From Ascidiella aspersa (lineage: Eukaryota): a stretch of DNA of 64,000 nt. Positions 25,950 through 37,254 of the stretch are shown here, in pieces. Within the stretch, counting starts at the first letter, position 1; every line of letters starts with the position of its first letter. A program made the translations under genes and the position numbers. The notes below the pieces were generated by a model. The model did not search any database. It saw only the letters and a program-made list of their open reading frames with translations, and had not been told where the DNA came from. The DNA lies in the NCBI GenBank assembly GCA_963924565.1, contig OZ004613.1, positions 23,064,001 through 23,128,000 of the forward strand, written 5' to 3'.

Positions 25950-26641
25950 AGCATTTTCAGGTGTACTGTTTTTTTTAATATTTGAAGTACTCAACAATCC
26001 TCGGTAAATATGGATAACGAAAGTAATGGTGATAATAGGAATAATAATGAAGAAACAAAAGTGAAAGAAAAAAAAACAACAACAAAACAACAGTAGCAGT
26101 ATAACGCAAAAAAAAATGATAATAGTAATATTATTATTATTAATAAGTATAGAAGAAAACAAAAAGGCACAACACACGTATAACGACATCTGCGTATAGA
26201 ATAACAAAGACAGCAATATAGATCGATTTTGTTATAAAATCTGAGCGGTTTGCTTGCGAAAAGCGAAAAGACAAAGCACGCAATCCGACGCAAGGCAAAA
26301 CACTTAAGCAGTAATATAACAGTGGTACGTTCTATATATATATAAAATATATATTTATGTATATCTCGCGACATATCATATGGAAGCATTCGCCAACCTA
26401 TTCCACACGCCTACGTAAGACAGCGAGGCCGTTGGGAATTTATTTTCGTGCAATATACATATTAGAGGCGGCCCTCGCTTGTTTTTTTTTGTGCCGCTGT
26501 TGTTTTAAAGGTCCCTCGTGTCGAGGGGAGTTGGGCGGCGACTTTTTCTGGATCTTCCAATTTCGTATCGAGAACTTTCACAGCAAGGCAAGAAGATAAT
26601 GGAAGTTTGTTGATCCTTCGACTGGCTTGCAAGTCAACCAC
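25950..26641 (-). other. Probable terminal (3'UTR) exon of the PRDM1-like gene
   Basis: Strong acceptor ttttttatttttaacag| at 26642/26641 and U-rich low-complexity composition. On the minus strand there is AATAAA at 26444-26439 and ATTAAA at 25979-25974. Confidence 0.55.
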
Positions 26642-27995
26642 CTGTTAAAAATAAAAAAAAAATGCTTAAAAACACGTCGCCGCGGCAAATAACTATGTTG
26701 TGTAACCGACTAACTATATAGATCTGCTGACTACAAGTTCTCATATAGTACGGTATATATACGTTTGTTAAAATATTTCGGAAACTTTAGTATGTTTCCT
26801 TGACAGGCGTCTATATAGCTAATCAAAATGCACTTTCAACTTGTTCAAAGAAGCAGAGAAATCAAGATTACGAAGCTGTATAGTGTCTAATATGCTATAA
26901 CACCATAGTAATCGTTTAAGCATTGCGCTCGCAGTCAGTTATAAATTTGTTCCGCAAATAAAACATCTTAAATTGGCCAGTCGCGTGGTGATAAAAACAA
27001 CACTCAAACACGTTTAACTAAACACGAATGACCGGAATCCCCAATTTGTTGTGCCATCTGTTTGTACCCTCTAAGTAATTTTAACTGCATTAACCTAAGC
27101 AGCGCCCTTACACCAAGAATTATCATAAATATTTCTAATTGAGGTGGTGCGGTGATACATCTATTAGACCTAAACTCGAACAACATGTTTGTTTTTAACT
27201 CTACACAGCAATCGAGTGATAAATTGACCCAATACACTCGCGACCAGTTTTATTTTCAAGCACACCGTTGACGAGCTTGGCACGATTTGATCCGCGAATT
27301 TATAGCTAAAGTCGCAACCGAAATGTATTTTAGTAGATCGAGGGAGTCGCAATAAGGGCATGGTGCACTTAATCTCGTTTAAGAAAGACGTAAGAAGCCA
27401 AATTACTATATACATTGGCGAATAAGCATCGGCAAGGGTGGTGAGCGTTTAGAGCAGTTAAGCGCGGCTATTAGCGCTGTGCAAAAGAGGTTCGAAGCGA
27501 TTTAAGAGTGATTATAGCAAACGAATCTTCAGAGCCCGGGCGGCTGGATGTTTTCGACTGCGTTTCACCGGAATGTCCCCCGCGCTTCCCTCCGAGTTGC
27601 CCGAAATTTATCGACACTTAGCAAAAGCGAAAACTTCTGCGCTCGACCGGGGCACTGTGCTTATTAATTACCTACACTGAGGGTGGCACCTCTATGGGGC
27701 ATATAGGCTGTGGGGCAGAGCTGGTTCTCAAAGGTGTGTAATAATAAGCCTTGATAAAGTAATTTGACGCGCATTAGGGCAATATTTCGACGGAGTTATG
27801 CACTGCACCTGCTTGTTTTAAACAGTACTAGTAGCCCTTTATTTGTTTTTTGTTGAGTTTAACACATTACGCCGCATATGTTCGCTTTTTAAAACTAATT
27901 GGCACTAAGTCACTGCTGGGGTAACGGCACTAAGTCGGTGTGCGGTAACTTGTTAAATGTATCCACTCTTACGTTTTGATTTGGAGTTGACGGTT

Positions 27996-28125
27996 TTAAA
28001 ACCAGCGCAGAAGAGGGGGTCCCGACGTGATGTGGCCAAAGGGCCTTGGGGGCAATGCGGAACCAATAGGGCTGTTGGACGACGACGCTCCCATAACCGC
28101 CTTGATATTGCACGGGTAGTCGCTG
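27996..28125 (-). CDS. PRDM1: Probable terminal coding exon (SDYPCNIK...PPLLRWF*); the exon may continue to a donor at 27973
   Basis: GC-rich block with a strong acceptor tttctttgtattcgcag|. Entered in phase 2 it reaches TAA at 27998-27996. A donor AAAC|gtaaga follows at 27973/27972. Confidence 0.6.
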
Positions 28126-31100
28126 CTGCGAATACAAAGAAATGTTAGATTTGGGGATCATTTACTTATCATGCTTTTGAAATTCCTTTTCACAAAACTT
28201 TAGAATGCATAAATATTCTCTGTTAGATTTCAGGTTTTTCATGCACTGATCAATTTCAAAAAAACACACGAAGTAACTCCATGAAGTTTAATCAAGTTGC
28301 TAGGGCTAAGCTTACTTTTTTGATTTGAAAAGTGGCCTTGGTTCGCGTATAATCACACACATATCGTGACCACCATTTTTTTAGCAAAACTTTTTTTGTT
28401 TGTGTTTTTAAGGAAATGAAACGTAGAAAAATATTGTTAGAAGGTCTTTTATATTACTTTATTTCTACCTGGGAAAGATTGTAAGATATACATGTTTTTT
28501 AAATGGGCCATTTGGGACAACACCACTTGCGTCTATGGATTTTATTGGCTGATTAGTTTTGCACAAATGGGACGCAAAGTGATTCCTGTTTCAGGCCTGT
28601 ATGTAAATACCTGTGAAGTCGCATGTGCGTCTTGAGGTTGCTGGTGGAGCTGAAGCGCTTGTGGCAGACGTGGCACTCGTGCGGTTTCTCGCCGGTGTGC
28701 ACTAGGTGGTGCTTCTGCAGGTGAGCAAGCTGCGTGAAGCCCTTGCCGCAAGTGACGCACTTAAAGGGTCGCTCGCCGGTGTGTACGCGAAGGTGCACCT
28801 ATGAAGTAATAAAAGTACAAGCGGTCAGTATTATGATAAAGCATGGTTAAAACGTAAGTGTGTAAAAGAAAATACCGCACTGTTTATATATGAACCTCTG
28901 CATATGAGTGTTTAACCAATTAAATGTAAGCATTAGCGGGCCATTAGTGTTTCAATCTAATACGCAGTTGATATGAACCGGTTGAAAAACTCAACACAAT
29001 ACGTAAGTGCTGACACATAATGTAATTCTGCCAACCGACTTCCCAAAATGGACGCTGTGGCGAGGTATAGCTTCTATATATGAGGAGTTATTTTAGCTTA
29101 CCTTTAAGTTGGAGAGCTGCCCGAACCTCTTGTAACAGACATTGCACTCGTAAACGATCTTGCCGTTTTCCTTTCGGAGCGGGTAAGGCAGCGACTTGTA
29201 GCCGGAGTTGGGTCCGCGCTTGCATCGCATGCTGCCCGAACTGCCGCATTCACTGTGGAGGAAAACGTATATGTTACAGTTGCGATTGGAAAATGAGAAT
29301 CAAGGACAAAAAGGCATATCTCGCTCACAAGCGAAAGGGTTCGTGACATGAAAAACCCTAATTTGTAGGTGATGACGTATTTCTACTAAAAAATAGGCCT
29401 TGCAGTTTTATTCAATAAAAAATATCTATGAAAGAGCGTAAATCCTTGTGGAGAATTTTTCTTATCGTTAATTCCAAGGATAACTGAAAACATCTTAACT
29501 GTGGCTTAAGGTTCGATTTCCACAATTAAATTAGCGCTTGTAAGATCTCAATTCGTACAACTTATCGACGCTAGTCCAGCAAGTATAAACATTTCGTCAT
29601 CACTTACCTCACGGATGACGTACTGCTGTGCGTCGGCGAGTTGGACTTGGGGGGAGAATAGCCATTGCTCAGCAGACTACCAATGGAGTGGGACGATTGA
29701 CCGCTGGAGGGCGTGCTTCCTCCGAACGCGCTCGGGAAGAAGTTGAAGAAGCCGGCTCCAGGACTGGAGGACTCGGAAAATCTTCTCTCCTCTTGCGATC
29801 GTCGATTACTATCGCCGCTCCCGGAGGTATGGAGCTTGTGGTGGTGAGGGCTGGGCTCGTCTGTAAAAACGACAAAACGATTTTACAGCGCATATTCTTA
29901 GTAGGGCCACAGAATTTAATAGAAACTGAACAAATAACAATATCTAAAAAATCCAATAAAATCGACATACTTGTCACTTTTTTCTGCATTTTATCGACTG
30001 TTCGCGCTTTTTTAATTATATTTTTCTTGAATTTGTCAGCAAACCGGTGTATTTTGTTTCGTACTTAAAAGCATTCGTCGTCTTTTGTAAAAAAGACCTT
30101 CGCATTGACACTATTACGACATTGGTTATGATTTTAAACTGTGTGGATCTTATGACCTAAACTACACGATGGAAACACGGAATTGTTTGTCGTTCAAGCA
30201 CGTTGGCATTGACTGTCGAAAACAACCCTTGAAGGTGAATCATATCCCGGTTTTAATTAAAACAACATAAAAACCGACCTAACAATGCTGAAAACAAGGA
30301 CTTACGATCGTCGCGTGTCTTGTCGGCGGAAGGACTCCATCCGGAAGTCGGCGCCGGGGCGTCTTCTCTTCTCTGGACCGAGGCCTGCTTTGTGACGTCA
30401 CGTGGCGCCACGGGAAAGGCGCCGGTGGCGAACGGCGCCGCAGGGGTCAGGTGTGGGGCGGCGGCGTAACGGTAGGCTGACGCCGTGGCCGACATGATGC
30501 GCTGGAATCGGTCGGCGCCGTTCGGGCCAAGGGACGATGCCAGGTTGTTCAGGTAGTGGGGAGAATTGACCGCGTTCCTCATTGCGTTGTCCCACAGCAG
30601 CTTTCCCATCTGCATCGCGTAGATCTCGTTGGGCAGCAGCTGCACCTGCGTCGGTGCGTGGTAAGCGGCCTGAAGGAACGGGTTGCACGGCTGCTTCGGG
30701 TTTTCCTTGTGGCTTGGGTTGGGGTTGGGGCGATGTTCGTTTGGAGAAGTGCGCACGCGGGATTCGAACTCGCGCTGGCTCGAGATGGCTGTGTGTCGCT
30801 CGTATTTAGCCTTGTCCTCTTGCTTGACGGCGGCGGCCCTTAGGTCCACGGAGGCTTCGACCGCGCTGCGATATCTAGCCAACTGGTTTTGCTCCTTCGC
30901 GAGAACCTCGCGTCTGCGATCGGGCGTCGGCGGGGAAACGACGCCTCGGTTTCCCGCGTCGCTGCTCTCCGTGCGCCCGAGCCCGTGTCGCGCAAGGAAC
31001 TGCGAGTTCATGGCGTAGAGAAGGTTCTGGTAGTACATTGGCAGCATGGAGAAGGCTGGGGCGGCCTCAGAGCGTACGGAATCGGTGACCTCGGGTCTTG

Positions 31101-31440
31101 CACTCGAAGGCGACGTTAGACGATCAATGCATTGCGACTGATCGGGACTTGGACTACCGCTTCCATAGCCGCTGTCCGAAGGCGAGGTGACGTTGTGGTC
31201 GAGCAGAGAACGAACGGAGAAGTTGATGGACTTTGGCTTGCTTTGGGGCGACTTCTCTATGGCGGCGAGGGGACGACTGCTGGTCGAAAGGCCGCGCGAC
31301 GCTTCGGAGCGATACGCGACGGCCGACGCCATATTGTTGCCGTTGTGGTCGGGCTGCTTGCGTCCCTCCGACTTGGCCTTAAACAGGGCCGAGTCTCGCG
31401 CCCAGATCGCCTCGTAGTGCATTCGCTGGTGATCTTGCAT
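27996..31440 (-). CDS. PRDM1: Blimp-1/PRDM1-related C2H2 zinc-finger transcriptional repressor (Prdm1-r / BZ type), spliced CDS join(31440..30306, 29860..29608, 29252..29102, 28798..28611, 28125..27996), about 618 aa
   Basis: The exons join in frame through canonical GT-AG introns (1857 nt = 619 codons including stop). The translation [34 protein letters not shown]|[63 protein letters not shown] matches the Blimp-1 pre-finger motif and ZF1-3 almost residue for residue. The last coding exon is less certain. Confidence 0.9.
28611..28798 (-). CDS. PRDM1: PRDM1-like exon: end of ZF1, ZF2 and ZF3
   Basis: Acceptor ttcatag|GTG and donor CACAG|gtattt. Contains two complete C2H2 fingers with TGE(R/K)P linkers. 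Confidence 0.95.
29102..29252 (-). CDS. PRDM1: PRDM1-like exon: GYKSLPYPL motif and first part of ZF1
   Basis: Acceptor ttttcctccacag| and donor AAG|gtaagc. Encodes ...[34 protein letters not shown]. Confidence 0.95.
29608..29860 (-). CDS. PRDM1: PRDM1-like internal exon (EPSPHHHK...[11 protein letters not shown])
   Basis: Acceptor gtttttacag| and donor GTGAG|gtaagt. The exon is 253 nt, phase 1 in and phase 2 out, and is open in the frame required by its neighbours. Confidence 0.85.
30306..31440 (-). CDS. PRDM1: PRDM1-like large coding exon (ATG 31440; exon acceptor at 31531); Ser/Pro/Ala-rich region with FSVRSLL and DSGYGS motifs
   Basis: 395-aa ORF 30253..31440 in GC-rich sequence. Acceptor ttttctgttcag|ATTTC at 31532/31531; donor GATC|gtaagt at 30306/30305 (phase 1). 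Confidence 0.88.
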
Positions 31441-31994
31441 GCTTTCGTGCTGCTTTGTCGATATGTTTGTTTTTTCAGTAGAAAGACGAAATTGGCGATT
31501 TTGTTCAAGTTGTATTAAAGTCGTTAGAAATCTGAACAGAAAAATGATGGTTTAGCAAAACTCTACAAAGCGCGTATTTTGACCATGCATTTGTCATGAA
31601 ACACAAACACTTGCAAGCCCCGGTTAACCATTAGCAGTTCGGTTTGGCACTTAGGCTGCATTTGTTTGGGTAAACTCTCTTATCTACCGCTGTTTACTCG
31701 AATCGACCTGGCGAAAATACACTGGCGACACTGGCCCCTTTAAAACGAAAGTTAACGCAGTCTGTAATGTGCAGTGCTTTTTATGCGCAGCTTCTGAAAA
31801 AAATTAATCCTTTACTTTGTAAATTAGTCTGCGATTTTCTACACACAATGTTATTCTGCCTCAATGCACTTTTGGTTTTCTTTTTCCGGCATCTAAACTA
31901 ATTGACCTTTTCAACGCTGAACTCACAATAGAATGAGTAAAAAATCGTAGCGACCGTTTCGTTTTATGCAAAAGGCCAGCGACTGACAAATTAC

Positions 31995-32176
31995 CTAGCA
32001 ATTAACTGAACCTCAAGTCTCACGCTGAGCGAACACCGTCCTACTTCTCGCCCGATGGTTGACGGGCCCGGTGCGCCCAAGTGCCAAACGAGCTCAACTG
32101 CAGGGGGTACGATCGGATACCTGTCTAATAATTGCCACCGAGTCGGCTGCGGCCCTTTTTCCCACTTGTCGCCCAC
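31995..32176 (-). other. Probable first (5' leader) exon of the PRDM1-like gene; its 5' boundary is uncertain
   Basis: Donor GCTAG|gtaatt at 31995/31994 pairs with the acceptor at 31531. It lies in a GC island, has no ATG, and has a possible ttttag| acceptor at 32177. Confidence 0.5.
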
Positions 32177-32480
32177 CTAAAACGTTTCCGCTCCTCGCCC
32201 GAGCCGCGTCGCCGCTCGCCTTTTTCTCTTTCGATTCTCTTTCCCTCTCCGCTCTCTCTCTCGCCCCTCGCTCGCTTAAACTGCTACTGTATAATCGCGC
32301 GATCAGGCTGAACCGCCCCGTAAACTGCAAGCAGCTGTGTTGCTCTTGGTGTGGACAGGAGCACACGCCTTCTCTTTTGCCGAGGCTCGCCTACCCCACT
32401 CTCCCGTAACTGAGCCGCGGCTTTTCGGTCGCAAAATTTCGGCGAGATTTCGACTTTAAAATTTTGCGCAGGACCTCACA
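32177..32480 (-). promoter_or_regulatory. Putative promoter region of the PRDM1-like gene
   Basis: CpG-rich island directly upstream of the leader exon, with a GA-rich/GAGA tract at about 32221-32265 on the minus strand. Confidence 0.5.
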
Positions 32481-33477
32481 ATTTTCCTTTTTTAACAGAC
32501 GCTTTAGCACCGCAGAATTTTACTTGTTTTCTCCAGGTTATGTAGCCTTATTGCACTGTTCATATTTACTTTCTGTTGGAATAAAACAGAAGAATAAATA
32601 ACTCTGCCCTTCAATTAAAATTTAAAACAACAAACGCTGAAACCCAGCCTTATTACAGCTGGCATGTTTGTTAACGCATCTAGGTTATCACAACTGAATG
32701 TATTTTTTTGTCTTAACTCGTCATTCTTTCTGCTGCCCGATTCAGCGTGCTTATACGTGTGTTATAGTGTGGGACGACTGCTGAGCACTAGATTTGGAGG
32801 TTTTGCATTCTATTGACCGTCCAGTGACTCTAGTCTAGGCAATGCGTGTGCCGTTTACTCAATAATGTGAAGCCGAAACTTTACGAGTTCCCACCTGTTT
32901 CTTAAAGCCGAACAACATCACGTGCTGGCATAAAAAGTGCAACAGTATAGTTTTACATCAGTGTTTTAAACTAGCAACTAAACGGCTAATTTGCCCTTGA
33001 AAGAGATCCCTTTGATTGCTTTTAATTTAAAAGCAGTTTTCCTTTTCGGGGAGTGTATAACACAATGCACGCAACTTGGAAGGGTTTAAAAATAAATATG
33101 CAGAAACTGTATTGTTTGGTCGAATATTTGTATAGATAAATCGGCCTACTTTTTGGGCGACGAATCGTTGACCCAACGATGGTTATCCATTAGCGCTGAC
33201 CTGGGCAATCGAAAATTGCGATGCCCGAAACTGTCCTACGCAGGCGAGCTGTCAATCTCGCGAGGTGTACGGTGTTCGCGCAAATGCAAACGCGCGGTGC
33301 GAAAGTATATAAAATACCACGGGAAAGCGTCGTAGCCGGGCAAACAGCGAACAGCACTTGCTGAATATTCGGCAAGTTTGCGATGGCTTATCGGTGGCCC
33401 GAGTGTTTGCCAAAGACACATGCGAGCCTCAGCACTCGCGATCCGTGTTGGGATTAGCAGGCTCGTTAACATGCGCG

Positions 33478-33855
33478 CGAGAAAGTTAAACAAGGCCGGG
33501 GCCTCGCTCGGGTGATGTTTGCCAGTTTGCGGCGATAATGACCAGCGTGGAAAGAATAACAACAACAGCGGAGGGTCGCGGAAGAGGCGAAAGCAGGCCA
33601 AGGGCCGCGCAGAAGCGCCACTTGTGTCTAATAGCTTGTTTGCATATTTGGCCGCGCAACAATAGCAGTCAACACTCGAGGGGACAAAGGTGTGCTGTGC
33701 ATGCCTCGGTCCTGCCAACGAGCAAACAGCGCACGCGCAGCAGGCAACAGATAAGAAAGTTGTCTTTTAGCCAACCCGCGCTCCGACTAGAGATGGCCGG
33801 AACAGTCCTTATCTCAGCTTGGGCGCGCACTTGCATTGTTATTGTTGCCAAATTC
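33478..33855 (-). promoter_or_regulatory. Mirror element G, right copy; probable proximal enhancer about 1.3-1.7 kb upstream of the PRDM1-like leader exon
   Basis: Inverted homolog of 8624-8982. Dense in Sox-like (ATTGTT/AACAAT), GATA (AGATAA), ETS (CCGGAA) and Fox-like (GCAAACA) words. Confidence 0.7.
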
Positions 33856-36800
33856 GCCGTCAATCTGCGCGCGGCTATCTCTCCTTGCTTTGTCCCCGAT
33901 CAGGAAACGCCAGATATGGTTTTATTTGCTCGGCAGTTTGCTTTTGCGCAAGCGGCCGGATAAGGGCCCCCCGAAACGCTGCCGACGCGATTAGCAAGGT
34001 AAGGCAAGCTGCAAAATGTCAGGTGACCTAGACTGAATGCCCGCACCTAGCCGGGCCGAGGCCTGAGGGCACTTAGAATTCCTAGCAAGGTGTGTTATGT
34101 ATCCTTTTTCAGGTAGTGGTATTGTATGGAATTGTGCTTCACCTGTCCTGCCTTTCTGATTCCCTCGTTTCCGGACAATGTAGCCTGTAATGCATCCCGC
34201 ACGCTTTCTTTAAGACTGCCATTCTTTCTGCTGGCCTACACGCGCCCTCAATACCTTTCCAACGCAAAGCACTGGTTTTACAAACTTTTCATGATAGTCG
34301 TTTCTTCAAATTTCTGACATTTAATTTAATATAAAAAAAATAAAATGCACTTTAAAGCAACTTTTGATGGCTGCCGTCTTGTCTAATTTTAAAGTAGTTA
34401 ATCAGAACTTTAAAAATCGAACCGCATTCGTCAAATAACCAAGCTTAACACAACCGACAAGCCAAAGTAATGGTTGACAAACCGTGTTTTGGTCTTAGAA
34501 GTTTAATTTTGCGGCGCGCATATGTCACAGGATCTCTCAACGCAACATATACTACACGAAAGATCACTGGAAATTGTCCTGCGACAAAAATCTGGCAATG
34601 TAGTATGGCGCGGCGTCGCTCTCTTCGTTTCCTGTTTGGAGGAAGGCTGAGTCAACTTTTTGTTGTTTATTTGATCCTCGCTGAACTGTGATAGAGAAAC
34701 TTTCCCTGCCAGAACGGAGAGAGCAGAGTATAGCGACGGTGCTTAACTCGAGCGACTCATCAGGACGAGGTTCCTCCTCAAGAGATCAGGGAAAGGCCTC
34801 CTTGGCTTCCGAGACGCCCTTTCCACCCCACAACAACTGGTAAGAGCGCGTAGGCGCCTCTGGAAAATATTTAGAAAGGCGGTGCGTCGTGCTTGCGCAA
34901 TTTTCTTGCGCCATTTAATATCTTAACCCCGGCGTGGCACCGCCGACTTTTACTCTTGCAAAATATTTGTTCGGAAAGGCACCTGTTTTCTGAGGCTTGC
35001 CGCGAATTGTTTTATTCAGTACGCTTCTATTTCTAAAGACCCCTTTCAAAAACAGTGCGCCCACCTGTTTACCTTGTTGTGGCGCATAAGTAGAGGCTAA
35101 ACAGTGGTGAAGGTTGCAAAGTAATTGAACCCGTCTGTGTATTTTAGCCAAGTTAAGTTACTGATTGAGCATCTGCATGGGCGTTATTCTTACTTAACTA
35201 TAAACACACAAAAAGACTTCTCTTCAAGATTCAAACGAGCAACTGTTGTGAAATTAAGTCCAATACTTTGTCCGGATTGAGATTTTTAATAATGATTTTT
35301 TTAACCAAAATGCGGGATAAATAAACGTATCCAACCATTAGTGGTAAAGGATTTAGCACAATCAGGCAGACAATACCCAAAGTCCGTCAAAAATGGCCAG
35401 GATGAAATAAAAGCTTATGGCCAGATATATCTCTCCCCAATGCTACATCACACTTTTGAATACCGCGGTAATTAAGGCCAGATTGAAAACAAGCGGTGAA
35501 TCTACATTCGTTTTGCCTGGACAACACCTGGAAAGTTTCCTTAAGTGCTCGATAGCATTTCCTTGTCGCCCTGTGCGACTTTGCAAACGGTCAGAGGAGA
35601 AGTTCGGAAGGAAAGGCTTTTCTTACCTACCTGGAAACCTCACTGAGGTAACAGGCTGGGCGGAAACTTTTATGAGGTCGCCCGTGTGCAGCGAGTGTGG
35701 CACAGTTGTATCGTTTACAGTCGAATTGGCTTAACTGCAGATTACTCGTTTAGGTTAAACAGGTAATGGCATTAGATATGTCGGCCTTCCTGCCACGTCG
35801 TTTTATACGTACAGGTTTGGATTTGGTTGCATACGGATTTTATAAGAATAACAAAAAGTATAAACTTTTGGGTTAAATATTTAATCCTAACTAAAAAAAA
35901 GCGCTACGAATCAAACCTACACGCTTCTTCCGATTAAAAGACATCCGGATAAATATAAAATATCTTACTAACATGTAATTTTCAGTGTGCGAAAAACTCA
36001 CAATGGCGTCTGTGTCTCATTAATCGTGGTTTTCCATCCCAAAATTAGGCTTTGTGCATTTAACCGGTCGTTTATCCGTTGTGGAAGTTGTGTCAAAAGT
36101 TTGTGACATTTTTTTCGCTGGAAGGTATAAATTCTGTGGGCTTTTTTTGGTTTTATTAAATTAGGTTTGTATGTGGCATCGCTTAAACATGGCAACGAAA
36201 ATAAAAAAAATATTATAATTTTGTTTTCAGTCAAGTAATTTGTTTAGCTCAAGTCCCAGTCACAAAAAAAAATTGACACTGTAACTATAAATAAATGGAA
36301 GATGTTGTACTCTTAAGAGAATAATGAGCTTCGGCTCACATTTTGTCGCTTTGGCCAAAGGATTGCATTTATGCAGAATGACCTTTCTTTGCCCAAGTCT
36401 CCTTTCCTGTTGCGACAAGGAAGCTTAAAAAGCGGCGTTAATGCTGCAACACGGAAAACTCATGGCGGTTGTAAACCTGCCGCATCCGACGAACACAGCT
36501 CGCCGCGCGGTCGCGAAGCAGAAACGGCTCACGTGTGAACTTCGGGCGCAAACGGCGAACCGGGGCGATGGGACTGCGGCAGTGCTGAGAGGAAAGCGAC
36601 ATCAGGCCGAGCTTGTAGCGTCCCGTGTTAGAGGATGCGGCGTCGGCGCGTTCACGGGATTGTTGCTAAATTCGCCGAATCGCGTCCGCGCATCCTTTCT
36701 CACTGTGACCGACCTCTGCCGCTGCCCTTGCAGGTTTTTTGCACGTTGCAGTTCGACGCGAAACTGTCCGTTACCGTCGGAAGAGGTGCTGGGCTGTTTT

Positions 36801-36894
36801 TATTGTTCACCGCGCGAAGTTCGCCCGACAAAGAATCCCATCAGATAGGTCGACGTAGCATGATATACGCTGCCCTAAAAATTAAAGGCAAACT

Positions 36895-37254
36895 CGCGGT
36901 TTTAAAGTCCTAAACAAGTCATTTTGAAATGGCGTCAATCCAAGTCAAGCCATTTAAAAAAAACAAGTCCATAAGTCAAGTCTTTTTGAATAAATAACAA
37001 GTAAGGTCCCAGTCAAGTCATAATTAGAGCAAGTCAAGTCCTTGTCATAAAAATTTAACGATCAAGTGTTAAAGTAGGTAAACTCGTACGATTATGCGCA
37101 ATAGCTCAACAAAAAAATAACACCAATGCCCAATTTTTTACAAAAATGCATGATGAAAACACTTAATTTGTCCAAAAGACTTAAGTCAAAGTCATTTGTT
37201 TAAAAGCCTTAAGTCATGCAGGTCAAGCCATTGACTTGAGTCTTTACAACGCTG
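36895..37254. mobile_element. Degenerate element with (CAAGT)n-like subterminal repeats; GACTTG-rich counterpart at about 40520-40850
   Basis: Many aagtcaagtc words, ending gacttgagtctttacaacgctg. Confidence 0.5.

Noticed and set aside
30556-31518. Plus-strand ORFs overlapping the large exon
   Set aside because: Antisense shadows of a GC-rich coding exon.
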